In this document: positions 1 to 12,628 of the stretch, in pieces
Layout: each line of letters starts with the position of its first letter
Numbering within the stretch: position 1 is the first letter of the stretch
Assembly (NCBI GenBank): GCA_036630325.1
Contig: CP142729.1
Span: forward strand, 620,001-684,000
DNA: 64,000 nucleotides
Direction: 5' to 3'
Source: Vairimorpha necatrix
Taxonomy: Eukaryota
Made by a program: the position numbers and the translations under genes
Notes under the pieces: model-generated
What the model was told of the DNA's origin: nothing
The model's input: the letters and a program-made list of their open reading frames with translations, nothing else
Database searches by the model: none

Positions 1-6
1 TGCTTC

Positions 7-1812
7 GTGTATATAGATGACATTGTCTTATTCTCAAAGACAAAGGAAGAACATAACGATCTAATTATTAAAGTTCTAAATAAACTTAAAGAAAAAAATG
101 TAAAAATAAATTTTGAAAAAAGCAACTTTATGAAAAATGAAATAACGGTACTAGGAAATGTTATTAATGCTGAAGGAGTATTTCCAGCTAATAAAATTAT
201 TCCCAAAGAAATCTTAGAAAGAAGAATTAAAACAAAAAGAGATGTACAAAAACTCTTAGGTACGATTGGATGGTATAGAAAATTTTTGCCAAAATTATCA
301 ACAAAATTACTACCTATCACGGATATGCTAAAACAAGGAGCAAAGATAGAATCAACTCAACATATTCAAAATATCATCAAAGAAATAAGTGAATTTATTG
401 AGAAACGTGCAAAGTTAATTTGCCCAGATTACACTAAATCATTCGTCTTAGAATGCGACGCTTCGGACACAGGAATAGGTAGTGTCTTATACCAAGAAGA
501 TGGACCAATTGGATATTTCAGCAAAAAATTTGGAAAAGTCGAATTAAATTACAGCATTGTAGAAAAGGAATATCTTGGAATCCTTCTATCACTAATCCAT
601 TTCAAAAGCATCTTACAAGGAAATTTTGTAGAAGTAAGAACAGATAGCAAAAACTGCTTACACAGCCCAAAGCTCGAGACTTCAAGAATGAGTCGATGGA
701 AACTTATTATAAATGAATTTAACCATAAATTAATACACATTGAAGGTAAAGAAAACATCATTGCAGATAACTTATCAAGATGTTTCACAATGGTTCAACC
801 TAATGAGGATGAATACATAAAAATTGTCAAAGACGCAGTAATAAGAGACAAAGGCCAAAGGATAAAAACAAACAAACAAGGTAAGATATACATCAGATCA
901 ACCAAGGTAAAGTACTGGTTACAGAAAATCCACCATAATCAAGGACATAGAGGGATCACGACAATGTATAACAACTTAAGGAAATTTTTTTACGTCCCTT
1001 ACTTATTGAAGAAAATCAAACAAGTAGTACAAGATTGCAAAAAATGCAAAGGATACAAATTAACATTTACTAAAAGAGAGGTAGGAGCCCCTATGTGGTC
1101 AGAAAACAAGTTAGAAAGAATTAGTTCGGACATATATGGTCCATTTAGCCTAGATAACTTTAAACATAAAGGCAAACACGAAAAGGCATTTTTAATCACA
1201 ATTACTGATATAAAAACTAGATACACAAAGGTCTACTTATCGTATAAAATAAGAGGGGAAGAAATTATTCAAGCAGTAAACAATTGGATGGAAGTCACGG
1301 AATCTAAACCGTCCGTACTAATAACTGATAATGGAAAACAATATATAAGCAAAGAGTTGGAACAATATCTAAAGGAATCAGACATAAGACATTTACGCAT
1401 TCCAACTTATACACCAAGTTCAAATGGTATCTCAGAGTCAATAAACCGTACCATATCGTTTATACTATCTATTATGAAAGGTGAAAACATACACACAGCA
1501 GTTGGGAAGTGCGAATGGGTAATCAACAATAACTACAACAGGACTATTGGATGTTCACCCAATGCTGCTTTGACGGGAAAGGAATATTACGATCCATTGA
1601 AAAGACCAATACGAATGCGGGAGACAAAACATATACCAATTGCAGTTAAATACAGAATAGGAGACATGGTATATGTAAGAAATTTAACAGCCAAAAAGCT
1701 AGAGCGAAAATATCGGAGGAAGCGAAGAATCACGCAAGTAGGGTCTAAAGGAAAGTGGATAAAGGTCAATGGAATCCACGAATGGATACATGTTAAGAAC
1801 ATAAAGTTTTAG
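7..1812 (+). CDS. pol: Ty3/Gypsy pol, partial (RT end, RNase H, integrase); 5' end runs off the window
   Basis: YIDD RT motif, CDASD RNase H, H..GH..C..C zinc finger, SDIYGP / TDNG / SESIN integrase DDE. Confidence 0.95.
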   Translation: MYIDDIVLFSKTKEEHNDLIIKVLNKLKEKNVKINFEKSNFMKNEITVLGNVINAEGVFPANKIIPKEILERRIKTKRDVQKLLGTIGWYRKFLPKLSTKLLPITDMLKQGAKIESTQHIQNIIKEISEFIEKRAKLICPDYTKSFVLECDASDTGIGSVLYQEDGPIGYFSKKFGKVELNYSIVEKEYLGILLSLIHFKSILQGNFVEVRTDSKNCLHSPKLETSRMSRWKLIINEFNHKLIHIEGKENIIADNLSRCFTMVQPNEDEYIKIVKDAVIRDKGQRIKTNKQGKIYIRSTKVKYWLQKIHHNQGHRGITTMYNNLRKFFYVPYLLKKIKQVVQDCKKCKGYKLTFTKREVGAPMWSENKLERISSDIYGPFSLDNFKHKGKHEKAFLITITDIKTRYTKVYLSYKIRGEEIIQAVNNWMEVTESKPSVLITDNGKQYISKELEQYLKESDIRHLRIPTYTPSSNGISESINRTISFILSIMKGENIHTAVGKCEWVINNNYNRTIGCSPNAALTGKEYYDPLKRPIRMRETKHIPIAVKYRIGDMVYVRNLTAKKLERKYRRKRRITQVGSKGKWIKVNGIHEWIHVKNIKF

Positions 1813-1823
1813 AGGGGGTAGAA

Positions 1824-2166
1824 TGTGGTATTATAAATACCACAAAATATTTATTTTTATTTTATCAATTTTCCCTTTTTGGAAAATAGACCATTCGACC
1901 GGTCTATTCCAAAAATCGAATATTTATTTCTTTTTTGCCCTGACCCCCACCGGATCATGAAACAAACTAACGATCATTACCCTTGGGAACATAGACCAAG
2001 GAAGGGCTACCAAGCCAGGGATCAGTATCCCGTAACAGATGCCCAACGAGGCTTATTTAATAACAATAAAATCATTAATTACATCGAACTATATTTATCC
2101 AGAGGTAGCTCCTCTGGACTACGTCAGCTTGCTATTGAAACTCATCTTTTCTTTTGCTTTTGAACA
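1824..2166 (+). repeat. 3' LTR of the Gypsy element
   Basis: Polypurine tract AGAGGGGGTAGAA directly precedes TGTGG. Homologous to minus-strand LTRs ending at 30059 and 63826. The 3' end (TTGAACA) is inferred. Confidence 0.7.
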
Positions 2167-2169
2167 ACT

Positions 2170-4750
2170 TTCTTATTTAAGACTATTACAAATAAGAGTT
2201 CTATTGGAAAGCAACCTTTCGCCTTATGATATGGTTGCATATAGTCTCAAACTATTTTAGGTACACATTATGCCCCATAGAATGAACCAAATGGCTTAAT
2301 ATTTCTTAATTTTATGGTTATTGTAATATTGAACCTTTCAAAGGCCCCATGTTGTAGATTTATAGGGAATCATATTTCTAGATAATTTTTTTGTCTTCGC
2401 ATATTCCTCAAAGATATCATTTTTCAAGTTTTTTGTCATTATCAGATAAAATAGGCTTTTTAATTCCATACTTCCTGAGTATTTGTTTATCTACCAAATA
2501 AATAATACATCCATATTTTTGTATTAATAGGCATCGCCTCTGCAATTTTCGAAAAGTGGTCAATCACTGTCAATAGAAATTTATATCTTTACTCGCTTTC
2601 TCTCAATGGCCCTATTATGTCTAGTTAGTAAATTTCCTCCTTTATTTAGATATTAATTGTACGAGTCCCGAATTTTCCCTAAGGTTTCTTTTTTAACAAA
2701 TTTCACAATTATCTACGTAGTTTCTATGTCTTTCCCTATATTCTTACATGTAAATTTTCGACAAATATTATCATATTCTGTTTCAATCTATGTCCTGATA
2801 AATCATGGTAAAACTTAAATAGTACTAATCTTTTCTCTGTTTTAATTATTTTCTTTTGCATTAAATTTATTTCTTAAGCTTTTCTTCATGTTTTTAATTT
2901 TCTGCTGAGATGGTCTGTATAATTTGATGGTTCTGTGATATATGCAATATCGAAATCATATTCTTGTAGTAGTAATGACCACTTGTCAACCTACCCTTAA
3001 CGTCTCTAGACTTAAACAGATATTTCGGGACTTGATGATCCGTTTCGAATATGAAGTTCTAAGTTAATATTCTCTGAAGTAATGAATCGATTGTTACTGC
3101 TAGCAATTCTCGCTCTGTAGAGGAATAGTTCTTTTCTGCCTTGAAACGTAAAAAGCTGTAATAAGAAATAATCTTTTCTTTGCCTTCACACATTTGGCCC
3201 AATGCGGTCGTATTCCTCATTCAATGCATCCATTACCAAAATAAATTTTTTTTATAGATTTGGTATGGTCAAAAAGGCTGTTCTCTTCATTACCTGTTCT
3301 ACCTCGTCAATTGCCTTGCAGTATTTTTTATCGTTTTCTGCAGTTCCAAAAGCCTTAAGTACCCTCATTCTTAAGTCTTATTGTACCGAATTATGGATTA
3401 ACCACTTTATGTCTGTTTTTAATATATTTAAAGCAATAATTGTATAGCTCCAACAAAGATTGTGATTTCTTTTACCTTTAGGAACTATTAATTCGAATGC
3501 TTTATGTTCTTTGTACATAACACTTATTTCCTCCTTTGATATAACATGACAAAAAATGTTAAGTGGGTCTTATTGAACATGCACTTCTCTTTATTAAGTA
3601 TAATCCTACTAGTTTAGGCTTTTCTAATACCCAATGAACATCCCTATTATGATCTTCTCCCGTTTTACTATAAATTAGGGCATCATCTATACATACTACA
3701 ACAAATTTAACTAAGAATTCTATTAAATTGTTTCATCTTCGCTGAAATGTAGCTGATCCATTTATAAGTACAAATGGTATTTTGTAAATACAAATAACTC
3801 TTCTCTACGGGCGAAGGCTGTTTTTTCTATCAAAAAGCGTCATTTTTTTGATGATTTGCCGATTCTGCGTCAAATTTGTGAAGTGAGTAGCACCTTTAAA
3901 TGCATTGATACATTCTTCTTTTCACGTTTTATTATGCGCCTTTAAGTAACGCATCATTCAATCTTCTATGATCCGCTTATAACCTTTGATCTCCATCCTT
4001 TTTAAGACAATTATTATCGGACTTCTCCATGCACTTCCGCTGGCCCCTTTGATTCCTAAATTCAGATATTTATAAACTATTATCGACGCTATGTCCTTTT
4101 TGCGCCGCCTAACCTGTATAATTGTGAAGGACTAGTTTATCATCTTTTGTGACGATCTTGTGGTGGGCTTTGGGGGATCTTTTGCCTTTTATTTAGATTC
4201 AATTTCCACCCTATTATCCTCAATTTTAATTATATTTTGTCATATCAGTAGAGCATGTCCTTTGATACATATAATTGTATCCTCGCTTGTTAATTTAAAT
4301 TATCTTCAAATGTAATCTTTTAAATTTAGATTTGGCTAACGTTTTCCCGATGATCTTATTTATAATCTATTGAATGTTCTAATGAGATGTTTAGAACGAT
4401 TAACAGCGGGGTTGTTTGGCAAAAGCTCTGATCTAATCAACATAAATCTCCACATTTCTATTCAGTTCTTAAAAAATTTTCCTATGAATTGTTCAATAAG
4501 GCTGCTTTAAGTGATATTAAGGACCATAATCTCGAAGAGAAATAGTGTAGTAAACAATTTATTTGAATCATTTTTCTTATCTTCTACCGTTTTTTTTCTA
4601 CTTACCTAACATTCTTAAGATTGCTACTAATTTGAATTGAGCAAAATATGGACCTTTGCCTACAAATTAAGCACCTAATTTTAATCTTCTTCTCCGTTAT
4701 CCATTATTTTTCTGAATGACTTTATCTTATAGCTTTTACATTCATAAGCT
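2170..4750 (-). pseudogene. Highly decayed Gypsy gag-pol
   Basis: Minus-strand fragments of RT (SATFQR-like), RNase H (NYSSTERELL) and integrase (IDHFSK), with many stops. Boundaries approximate. Confidence 0.7.
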
Positions 4751-7700
4751 CTCCTACGCCACTTCAATATATCTTGGTACATTATTCTTTCAAATCATTC
4801 AAAGCTCTGTAAATGCACTCCAGCGATAAAGAATCCTTGTAAATTCAAAAAAAAGTTTGCTCGATATTTAATAGTTCTTTTAATGCGGAGGCAATTAATA
4901 TACCTTTAAATACATATCCTTGCGTGCTAATCTCGCCATCATATACAGATAGATATAAATAAAGCCCATAATATATCAATAAAAAGATTATTAATACATA
5001 TTTTTAACTGCATTTTACTAAAAATGACGTACACTAAATGACACAATCAACTTATCTAATCCAAATTTTACAGGCTGAGAATATATTTGGTTACTTACTA
5101 TTTTTTTATAGACATTATAAAAGGAGTCTCAGTAAACTCCCAATGCACTCATACAACCTCTTTCGTCGAGCATGTTCTCAAATAACTGCAGTAGGTCATT
5201 TTTTTTCATTCTAAATATGAGAAACGTCATGACATTGTCGCAAATTATTGGAATGAAATCATGAGTTTGTTTATTGTACAAATTTAAAGATTGACGTGTC
5301 AAATATCTTGAAATGGCCATTGCCTTCTTTGACATGTATCACCACTACTACAGGTATATTTATAAGCTACTTGTTTTTTGCTAAATTAGAAATGCAAAAC
5401 AAAAAAGATCAGCACATTCGAGAAATAAGATATAATTTCCGAACCAATGTTAAGATTGTTTAAAAGAAGATGTATGATGCATATTACGACATCATAAAAC
5501 TAGCGACACATCTTCCACGAGATTTAACAAAAATCTTTGAAGAAGGTAAGCAGTAGAAAAATTTATAATAAGCTAAGATAAGACAATATTATTGGCGTAC
5601 TTCTCATTAAATTATGATTATTCAATCAGAGTGTATTCTTATAGTGTTGTTCCACATCACCATATTAATCTAAAGACAATTGCAATTTTACAAGAATATC
5701 CAATGGGAAAATGTTAGCTCGATTCTAATTCGTCTTAATGATGTAAAGAGAGATTACATCTTTGAATCCTATTAATTCATGTCATAAAAACACTTTATAT
5801 GAAGAGCTAAGAAGTTATAACAGACAACATATAGTACTTTATCGAGGCGGCAAAAGCAATAAATTTTCAAATCTAGATATAATATGAGATTATACGTATA
5901 TCAATTTGTAAAATACAAATCCTAGAACAATTTGATTGTTGTTTCGTTACATTTATTCAGCTGAAAAACGCAAAAAATCATTTTGTTATTGTGAAAATTT
6001 AAGGGAACCATGGTCGGTTAACTAAAGGATTAATAAAAGATTGATTGCTCACCATTACTGCTTTTTTTAAAACGATCATAGTTGATCTTTAAGATCTTAG
6101 GTAATTCTAACCAAGGCCTGCGTTATGAAAGTAGATATTATAGAGAAAGAACCAAATTTGATTTAACCAGAATGAATGAAATTTAAACATACACATAAAC
6201 ATGCTTTTATTAGATAAAAAGTTTTTGGATAAAGAAAAAATAATTATTTTATGAAGATGCTTTGGCAGGAACAGAAAACGGACCATCTCTATAATGCATT
6301 TTTGACATTCTAATAAAAATTTATAAGTGAAATATAATTTTCAATTCAAAAATGGCAATATTTTGGGCGCAGAATGAAAGACAAAACATATCTTAATGTT
6401 TTTTCCTTTTTTTCTAGATAGGCTGGGTTTTTAATGTAAAACAAAATTCTTATGAAGCTACTGAAATCAAGACTGCTTATTGATACTATACCAAGAATCA
6501 ACAATGTCTAAACATTATTTTAAGCAAAGGATAGAGTATCAAAAGACTCTGGCGACGAAAGGATGTTAAAAAATTGACGATATTTATAGTAAATCTCCGA
6601 ATATCTCATTGTTGTATTTTGAGGCTTGTCTGTTGACATAGTAAAGTCCTCTAAATAAAAAGCTTAAGTTTTAGGAAAAATAAACATTTTTAGGTTTTTG
6701 TAAAAAGCCATATAATCTGCCTAGATTTATGAATAGTTGATAAAAGAAGGCGATGTGAAAATCAAAGAACATTATAACCTCATCATTTCAAGCTTTATTA
6801 AAAGAAAATACATCGCAAGAGCAATATATAGTGAATGCACTTTTAGTTATATACGAATTACTTAAAAGATAATTAATAACTGTCGAAATTTGATGTTTAC
6901 ATCTAAACAAATAACCATATCCTCTATTCTTCTGATTTTTAGTTCATATAGTACTGCTTAGTCAGGTATAATTTGCGAATATCTATCAAACAACATTAGA
7001 TATTAAGTATTTTTTATCTTTAAAAAAGCAAGGCCTTTATGGTGTGTTGGTGTGTATCACAAGTTATTAGCTATTAAAGTTTTTATTGGCTGGGTGGCTT
7101 TTCTTTAATAACAATAAAAGTTTTTTAGTTTATTTTTTTTAAGTATAATATACATTCTGTAATTTTATGGATTTGTAAAAGAATGCTTGGGTTGAAGTAT
7201 GAGCAATATATATTGTTAAAAAGGTCGGATCAAAAAAATGATCTTCTAGCCGGCAGTGAAAAATTTATAATGGTGGATATCTCTACAGGAAAACCTATAT
7301 ATACGATGAATATGATTTCTAAAATCGACGTAAAGCAGGCGAAACATACTTCTAATTGTTTTAAATAAATGATAATTTATTGTCTAGGTTTTCTATTTAT
7401 TAATTATATAAGTTTTAAATGTCCTTTGAAAATGTGAGCCGGGGTAAGGGAGCAGTTACATAACGAAGGCGAATGTCTGTATCTCTATTTTGTGCAAGAC
7501 AAAAGAGAAACTCAAGATGTTTTTTACTAGTAAGCCCAAAGGCTTGAAAAAATTCAATGAGTATTACTGAATCAAAGAAGACAATGAAGAAAAGCAATCA
7601 ATTGGTACAAAGATCAAGCAAAAGGATATCTACAGAAGCTGCTAAATTTATAAACAAATATTGATAACAATGGGAAATTGCTTAAAGAATAATACGTAAA

Positions 7701-10012
7701 CAATAAGAACCTCCGTTCAAAACTTAATACCAAGAGTTATAATTTACATAATTTTAATTCGATTGTTTATCACTATAAAAAAAAAATATTAAAAATTAAA
7801 ATTTTTACTTTTAATTGATATTACTTTAATTCTATATTGTATTTTTAGACAATTATAAACTCATTCTAACATTTATAAATGACACATTATGGGTATTTTC
7901 TAATTCGCCTTTTAAAATGAAAAAAACCAAATAACTTAAATTTAAATGTTATGCATACATTGATCAATGGTATTATATTAGACTGTAATATTTGAATAAA
8001 AATAAAGAATAGATTGTAATTTTATTGACTGGAAATTAAAAAAAAAAAGTTTCTGAATCCATATTAATATTATTTAATACTATTTCACTGTTTTTTAGAT
8101 AACTACTAATATGTTCGAAAAAAATATTTTTTAGGTCAAACTATTTAATTGGTTTTCTCTTTTTAATCATCTTTATTTTTTAAATCGCATTTCGAAAAAA
8201 AAATTATCATAAAAAACTACTTGCAACAATAACTTTGATTTTCTTGAACATACAGCCCTGCAAGTCTATAAAAACTTCGATATTTACTATTTCTCATCTA
8301 AAAAAAAATTTTATTTGCCCTTTAAGACGGAATAATATATTTACTATTTTAGAGATGAAGATGAAAAGGGGGGTTTAAAAAAAAAACTTTTGTAAATTCA
8401 TACTACTTATAAAAAAATAGTTTTTTTTTGTTTTAGTAAAAAATTACGTTGTTAATTATGAATATCTTGAAGGTTTTTTACAATTATGTTTATACGAAGA
8501 TGTCCCCGAGTCTACTGCGAATTAGATAATTTATGATAAACAGATTGAGCGTGGCGATTTTCTTATTTTGATTGAAGGTAAAGAATATTTGGTTTTAGTG
8601 TCGCCATTTAATGAACAGAAACATGAATCTTAAGTACAATTTTGCGCTATATGCCGAAGACAAGTTTCGGACCGGAATTATAATAATTAAATGTGAGAAC
8701 AAGAGCGTCAAGGATACTATAAAAGAAATTGAGGAGAGTATAAAACAAGAATGTTCTCGTACCAATTATGACTCCCATTTATTATTTAACAGGACAGCGA
8801 AAACAATACAATTTTTGAAACAAATAATTAAAGAATTGAAAGAAATTTAAAAATAGGGAAGAAGTAATGTTTATTTCGAGATTATATATGATTGAATTTT
8901 TCATAATACATCGTTATTCTTTAATTGTATGATGGCATAAAGAATCCTCGTTGGGAACGAAATTTTCGCGATCGTCGCCTCCCATTCACGATTTATGTAA
9001 AAACTAATATATCAAAATACTTTAGTTTTTATGCAATTATTGAATGAAGTTATTTTTCTTTGAATAAATTTAGACGATCTTGGAATTGATACTAATGTCG
9101 AATCTCCTGGAGCAGAACCATTGCATAGTAACTTGAATGATATTATAATCATGTCGTAATCTCGGGTAAATGTCTGAAAGAAGTTGTTATTCTATAAGTG
9201 TACATATAAATGTTTTATTTATATTTAAAGTTAAATTTGTATGATCTCGCTTCGGTTTAAAGTATGTTGATCGTCTGTCTGTTTAATCGTTTCTTTTCAT
9301 TGAGTATGCCTTTCTTTAAAACTTTTATTTATAAAAAATATTTTACAAATTCACTTTTTTAAGCAATTGAAAAGGAAGAAATAATTCAAAATTTATTGTG
9401 AGATTTACTAAACATCAGTAATTTTTGCATTGAATTATATAATTCTATTTATATGATAGTATAAAATCATGCGATGAAATTATTTTGCCAAATTGTGGAA
9501 TCGGCAAACTTCAATCAGACGATGATAAGCTTATGATTAAAATAATAAACTATAAAGTTTAAGTTCCAATTACTTTGTGAAATTTTCTTATTCGTTAACC
9601 ACAGAAAATATTATCAAAAAAGTATGTTTTTATGAATTTTATGAAATTTTCGAAACTTGACACGTTTTGAAAAGAAAGGGAAAGCTACAAAGTAGTAGAG
9701 TTATTTTTCGATTAATAAATTGTGAGGATTAATTTCTGAGCAGAACAGGAGCGGCGGGAAATTACATATTTGTACATATTTTGTTGACCATGGGGGCATA
9801 AAACCAAGTGAAATAAGTAGTTTTTTAAAAAATTAAAGCTCTGAAGAAAATCGCAAAACAGAACTTATAAAGATGTTATCATAGAATATATCAAAAGAAT
9901 AAAACATAAAACTATGCATTTAATGAAATCTTTTTAATTTTAAAGCAGAAAAATACGTAAATGGAAATGATATTTCTTTTGAATTAGTGTTTGGACCTTT
10001 AAAAGGGATGAG

Positions 10013-10810
10013 GCGGTGCCCTTAGCACAGTGGTAGAATGCAATGCTTCCATTGAGCAATGGCTGGGTTCGATTCCCAGGGGCACCAAAATTGTTTCTAC
10101 TTTCTATGATGCAGTTGGAACAACTCAGATGATGAAAATGTCCACGATAATCATTAAGTTGATTCAATGAAACTTGTGTGTGTCCAGCCACAAGGGGATT
10201 AGCATCTAGTGTAGAAACGCACCTCAAGGCCTGAAAAACAGTATCCCCCTTTGGTGACTTAATGATACATAAAAGTATCTAATGGGTACGGCCTAGTTGA
10301 AGCCCATGGCTGGTGCACTCTAGAGTGGGATCCCAGAGCTAACTAAGAGACTAGACGAAGTAGGGCAATAGAAGGTCTCGTGGACCCTATCCTACATGAT
10401 TCTGTAACACGGTGGCCGAAACTAGTGGGAGACTGGTGGTCAACGCAGCCTAATAAAAACGCCGGGCTGGGGATGTGGTCGTGTAAGGAGCCGTGTGTGC
10501 AATACGGATAATTGTAGGGACCTTTGAGTCAGTACGATGATCTCTCTCCTCGGGTTATAGATAACCATGCCCGTTAAGTATATCCGCTGTGAGGTCACTC
10601 TGGACGCGATTTGAGGTATAAATGGAAAGTGTTCTCCTGGAGCCAAAGTCCAATGGATACGGCGGAGCTTGCTGCACCGGCAAGTGTATGGAGGGAGTTT
10701 TAGTGAGTAAGAATCCCACAGTACCAGTTGGATGAGGATCACACCCAAATCCCTCTGGTCCCTATGTAAGGTTTCTCCCTACCTCTTACTTGCAAGAAAA
10801 AAAAAAAAAA
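10013..10810 (+). mobile_element. tRNA-derived SINE with poly(A) tail and 15-bp TSD
   Basis: tRNA-like head at 10015-10087, GC-rich body, A14 tail at 10797-10810, TSD TTTAAAAGGGATGAG at 9998-10012 and 10811-10825. Confidence 0.9.
10015..10087 (+). ncRNA. tRNA-like SINE head (Gly-like A/B boxes), probably not a functional tRNA
   Basis: Acceptor stem GGTGCCC/GGGCACC-A, A box TAGCACAGTGG, T arm CTGGG-TTCGATT-CCCAG. The anticodon loop lacks U33. Confidence 0.75.
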
Positions 10811-11187
10811 TTTAAAAGGGATGAGATCGGATTGAGTCAAAGCATTGTTTAGAAACTATTGTCAAAAGTGTTAATTCTTGGGTTCAAACTAAGAACGAAA
10901 ATTTGATTATTTAAAGATATATAAAGGTTTTTGTGGTATTATGACCATATAACATCTATATATCCTATAGGATGTATTTTACAATTTTTAATTATTTTTC
11001 CTCCTTCTTAATTTTAAATTATTTTATTTTAAATCTATACAAAAAAGAAAATGAGTTAAAAGGAGAAAACAGTAAATTAAAGCTATAACAATAAATGTCG
11101 CGCGCGCGGGGCGCACGTGCGCCCAGCCCGCACACGGCCCAATTCCCGCTTTTTAAGCCATTTTTCATTTTTTTAAGGGTGCTTATG

Positions 11188-11272
11188 AAAAATGGCTCGC
11201 GCGGGGATCGAACCCTTCCTCTTAAAATTTGACCAGTTCGTTTCAGAATTTCTGACCGCTGAGCTAAACTCA
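11188..11272 (-). promoter_or_regulatory. tRNA-like Pol III internal promoter (A box, B box, T5 terminator) inside the Ginger element
   Basis: Minus strand reads TAGCTCAGCGGT ... GGGTTCGATCCCCGCGCGAGCCA-TTTTT. Confidence 0.65.
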
Positions 11273-11347
11273 GTTATAAAAAAACCTTAAAATATAAATA
11301 AGTTAAAAACAACACCATTTTAAAAAATATTTCATAACATCCCTCAA

Positions 11348-12628
11348 ATGGTCTTACCTGTGAAAAACTCGGAAGAATATAAAAATATTCTAGATATTAT
11401 TGTAGAAAACAAAGTCGTAAAAGATATTTCGAGGTTTTCTTTGGCGAGATTAAGGAAAAAGGCTGAACACTTTACAATTGTAGATAATCATCTTTACTTA
11501 AGAGGTATCGACAATCTACATTTAAAGGTTTTTGCACAAACGGATATTTGTGCGATGAAGTTAGAAATGCAAAAACTTCACGTAGATGGGCATTTAGGTC
11601 AGAATGCCCTATACCTAAAAAGTAAATGTTTATATTTTTCAATCCCAAGGGAATTGATACGTGATGTTGTACGTGAATGTAAAATTTGCGCTCAATGTCA
11701 GCCTTTGAAGACAAAGGAAAAAATGAAACATATTACAGCAGAATTTCCATGGGAACGCCTAATGATAGATCTTATTGATATGAGATCATACAAGGAGTTT
11801 AACGATGGGTATTGCTGGATATTATCTATTTTGGATGTATATTCAAAACTTGCCAGAACATATCCATTAAAAGGTAAGACAGCTGAGTGTGTTATAGAGT
11901 GTTTGGAGGATTTATTTGAACATTATGGTGTACCTGGGATCATTCAAAGTGATAATGGTAAGGAGTTTAGGAACAAATTGATGTATGATCTTGCATCAAA
12001 ATATAAAATCCTTCTAATAAACGGGAGACCTAGACATCCACAGGCACAGGGTCAGGTGGAACGGTTTAACCAAACAATCACAAGGTTATTATCAAAAAAA
12101 TTAATGGACGAAGAAACATCAGAACGAAGTGAAAGGTGGATTGATTGTCTAAAAAAGGTTACTAGTGTTTATAATCAAGCAGTTCATTCTGCGACTTCTT
12201 TTACTCCATTTGAGAAAATGTTTAACAGAGCTGGTTACAACACAGTAGTTCGTAAAAATTTAGAACCTGAGAATAAAGTGTCTTTAGAGTTAGATAGAGA
12301 AATATGTCCTGTGTCTGTTGATAATGAAATCGATTGTGTTAAAAAGGAAGAAAAATCTAAAGAAGACTGTGTATTTTCGAGTTACCAAAAAAAATACTTT
12401 GCACGAATGGATAGACGCGCGGTACACAATTCTATTTATGATTTTGAAGTAGGTGATACTGTTTTATTGAAAAAAGATTTTGATAATAATAAAAAAACTA
12501 AGAAAAAAAAACTTGAATCTTTCTATCATAAAGAGTCTATAGTAATAGAAATTTTATCTAACAATCGAGTAAAGTTAAATTTAGAAGGAAATGAAGTTAT
12601 AGTAGATTTAAATTTGATTAAAAAATAA
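11348..12628 (+). CDS. Retroviral-type integrase/transposase, 426 aa
   Basis: H..GH...C..C zinc finger; IDLID, SDNGKEF and GQVERFN catalytic DDE; uninterrupted ORF. Confidence 0.92.
   Translation: MVLPVKNSEEYKNILDIIVENKVVKDISRFSLARLRKKAEHFTIVDNHLYLRGIDNLHLKVFAQTDICAMKLEMQKLHVDGHLGQNALYLKSKCLYFSIPRELIRDVVRECKICAQCQPLKTKEKMKHITAEFPWERLMIDLIDMRSYKEFNDGYCWILSILDVYSKLARTYPLKGKTAECVIECLEDLFEHYGVPGIIQSDNGKEFRNKLMYDLASKYKILLINGRPRHPQAQGQVERFNQTITRLLSKKLMDEETSERSERWIDCLKKVTSVYNQAVHSATSFTPFEKMFNRAGYNTVVRKNLEPENKVSLELDREICPVSVDNEIDCVKKEEKSKEDCVFSSYQKKYFARMDRRAVHNSIYDFEVGDTVLLKKDFDNNKKTKKKKLESFYHKESIVIEILSNNRVKLNLEGNEVIVDLNLIKK

Noticed and set aside
549-1802. Short antisense ORFs opposite pol and other TE genes throughout the window
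   Set aside because: Shadow frames of real coding strands with no independent evidence.
10015-10087. Functional tRNA gene
   Set aside because: The anticodon loop is non-canonical, there is no adjacent strong terminator, and it lies at the head of a TSD-flanked poly(A) element.
10120-10190. Hammerhead ribozyme in the SINE body
   Set aside because: CAGATGA...GAAAC departs from the CUGANGA core and I could not find convincing stems.
9940-10748. Minus-strand ORFs of 95 and 102 aa
   Set aside because: Chance ORFs in GC-rich SINE sequence with no motifs.
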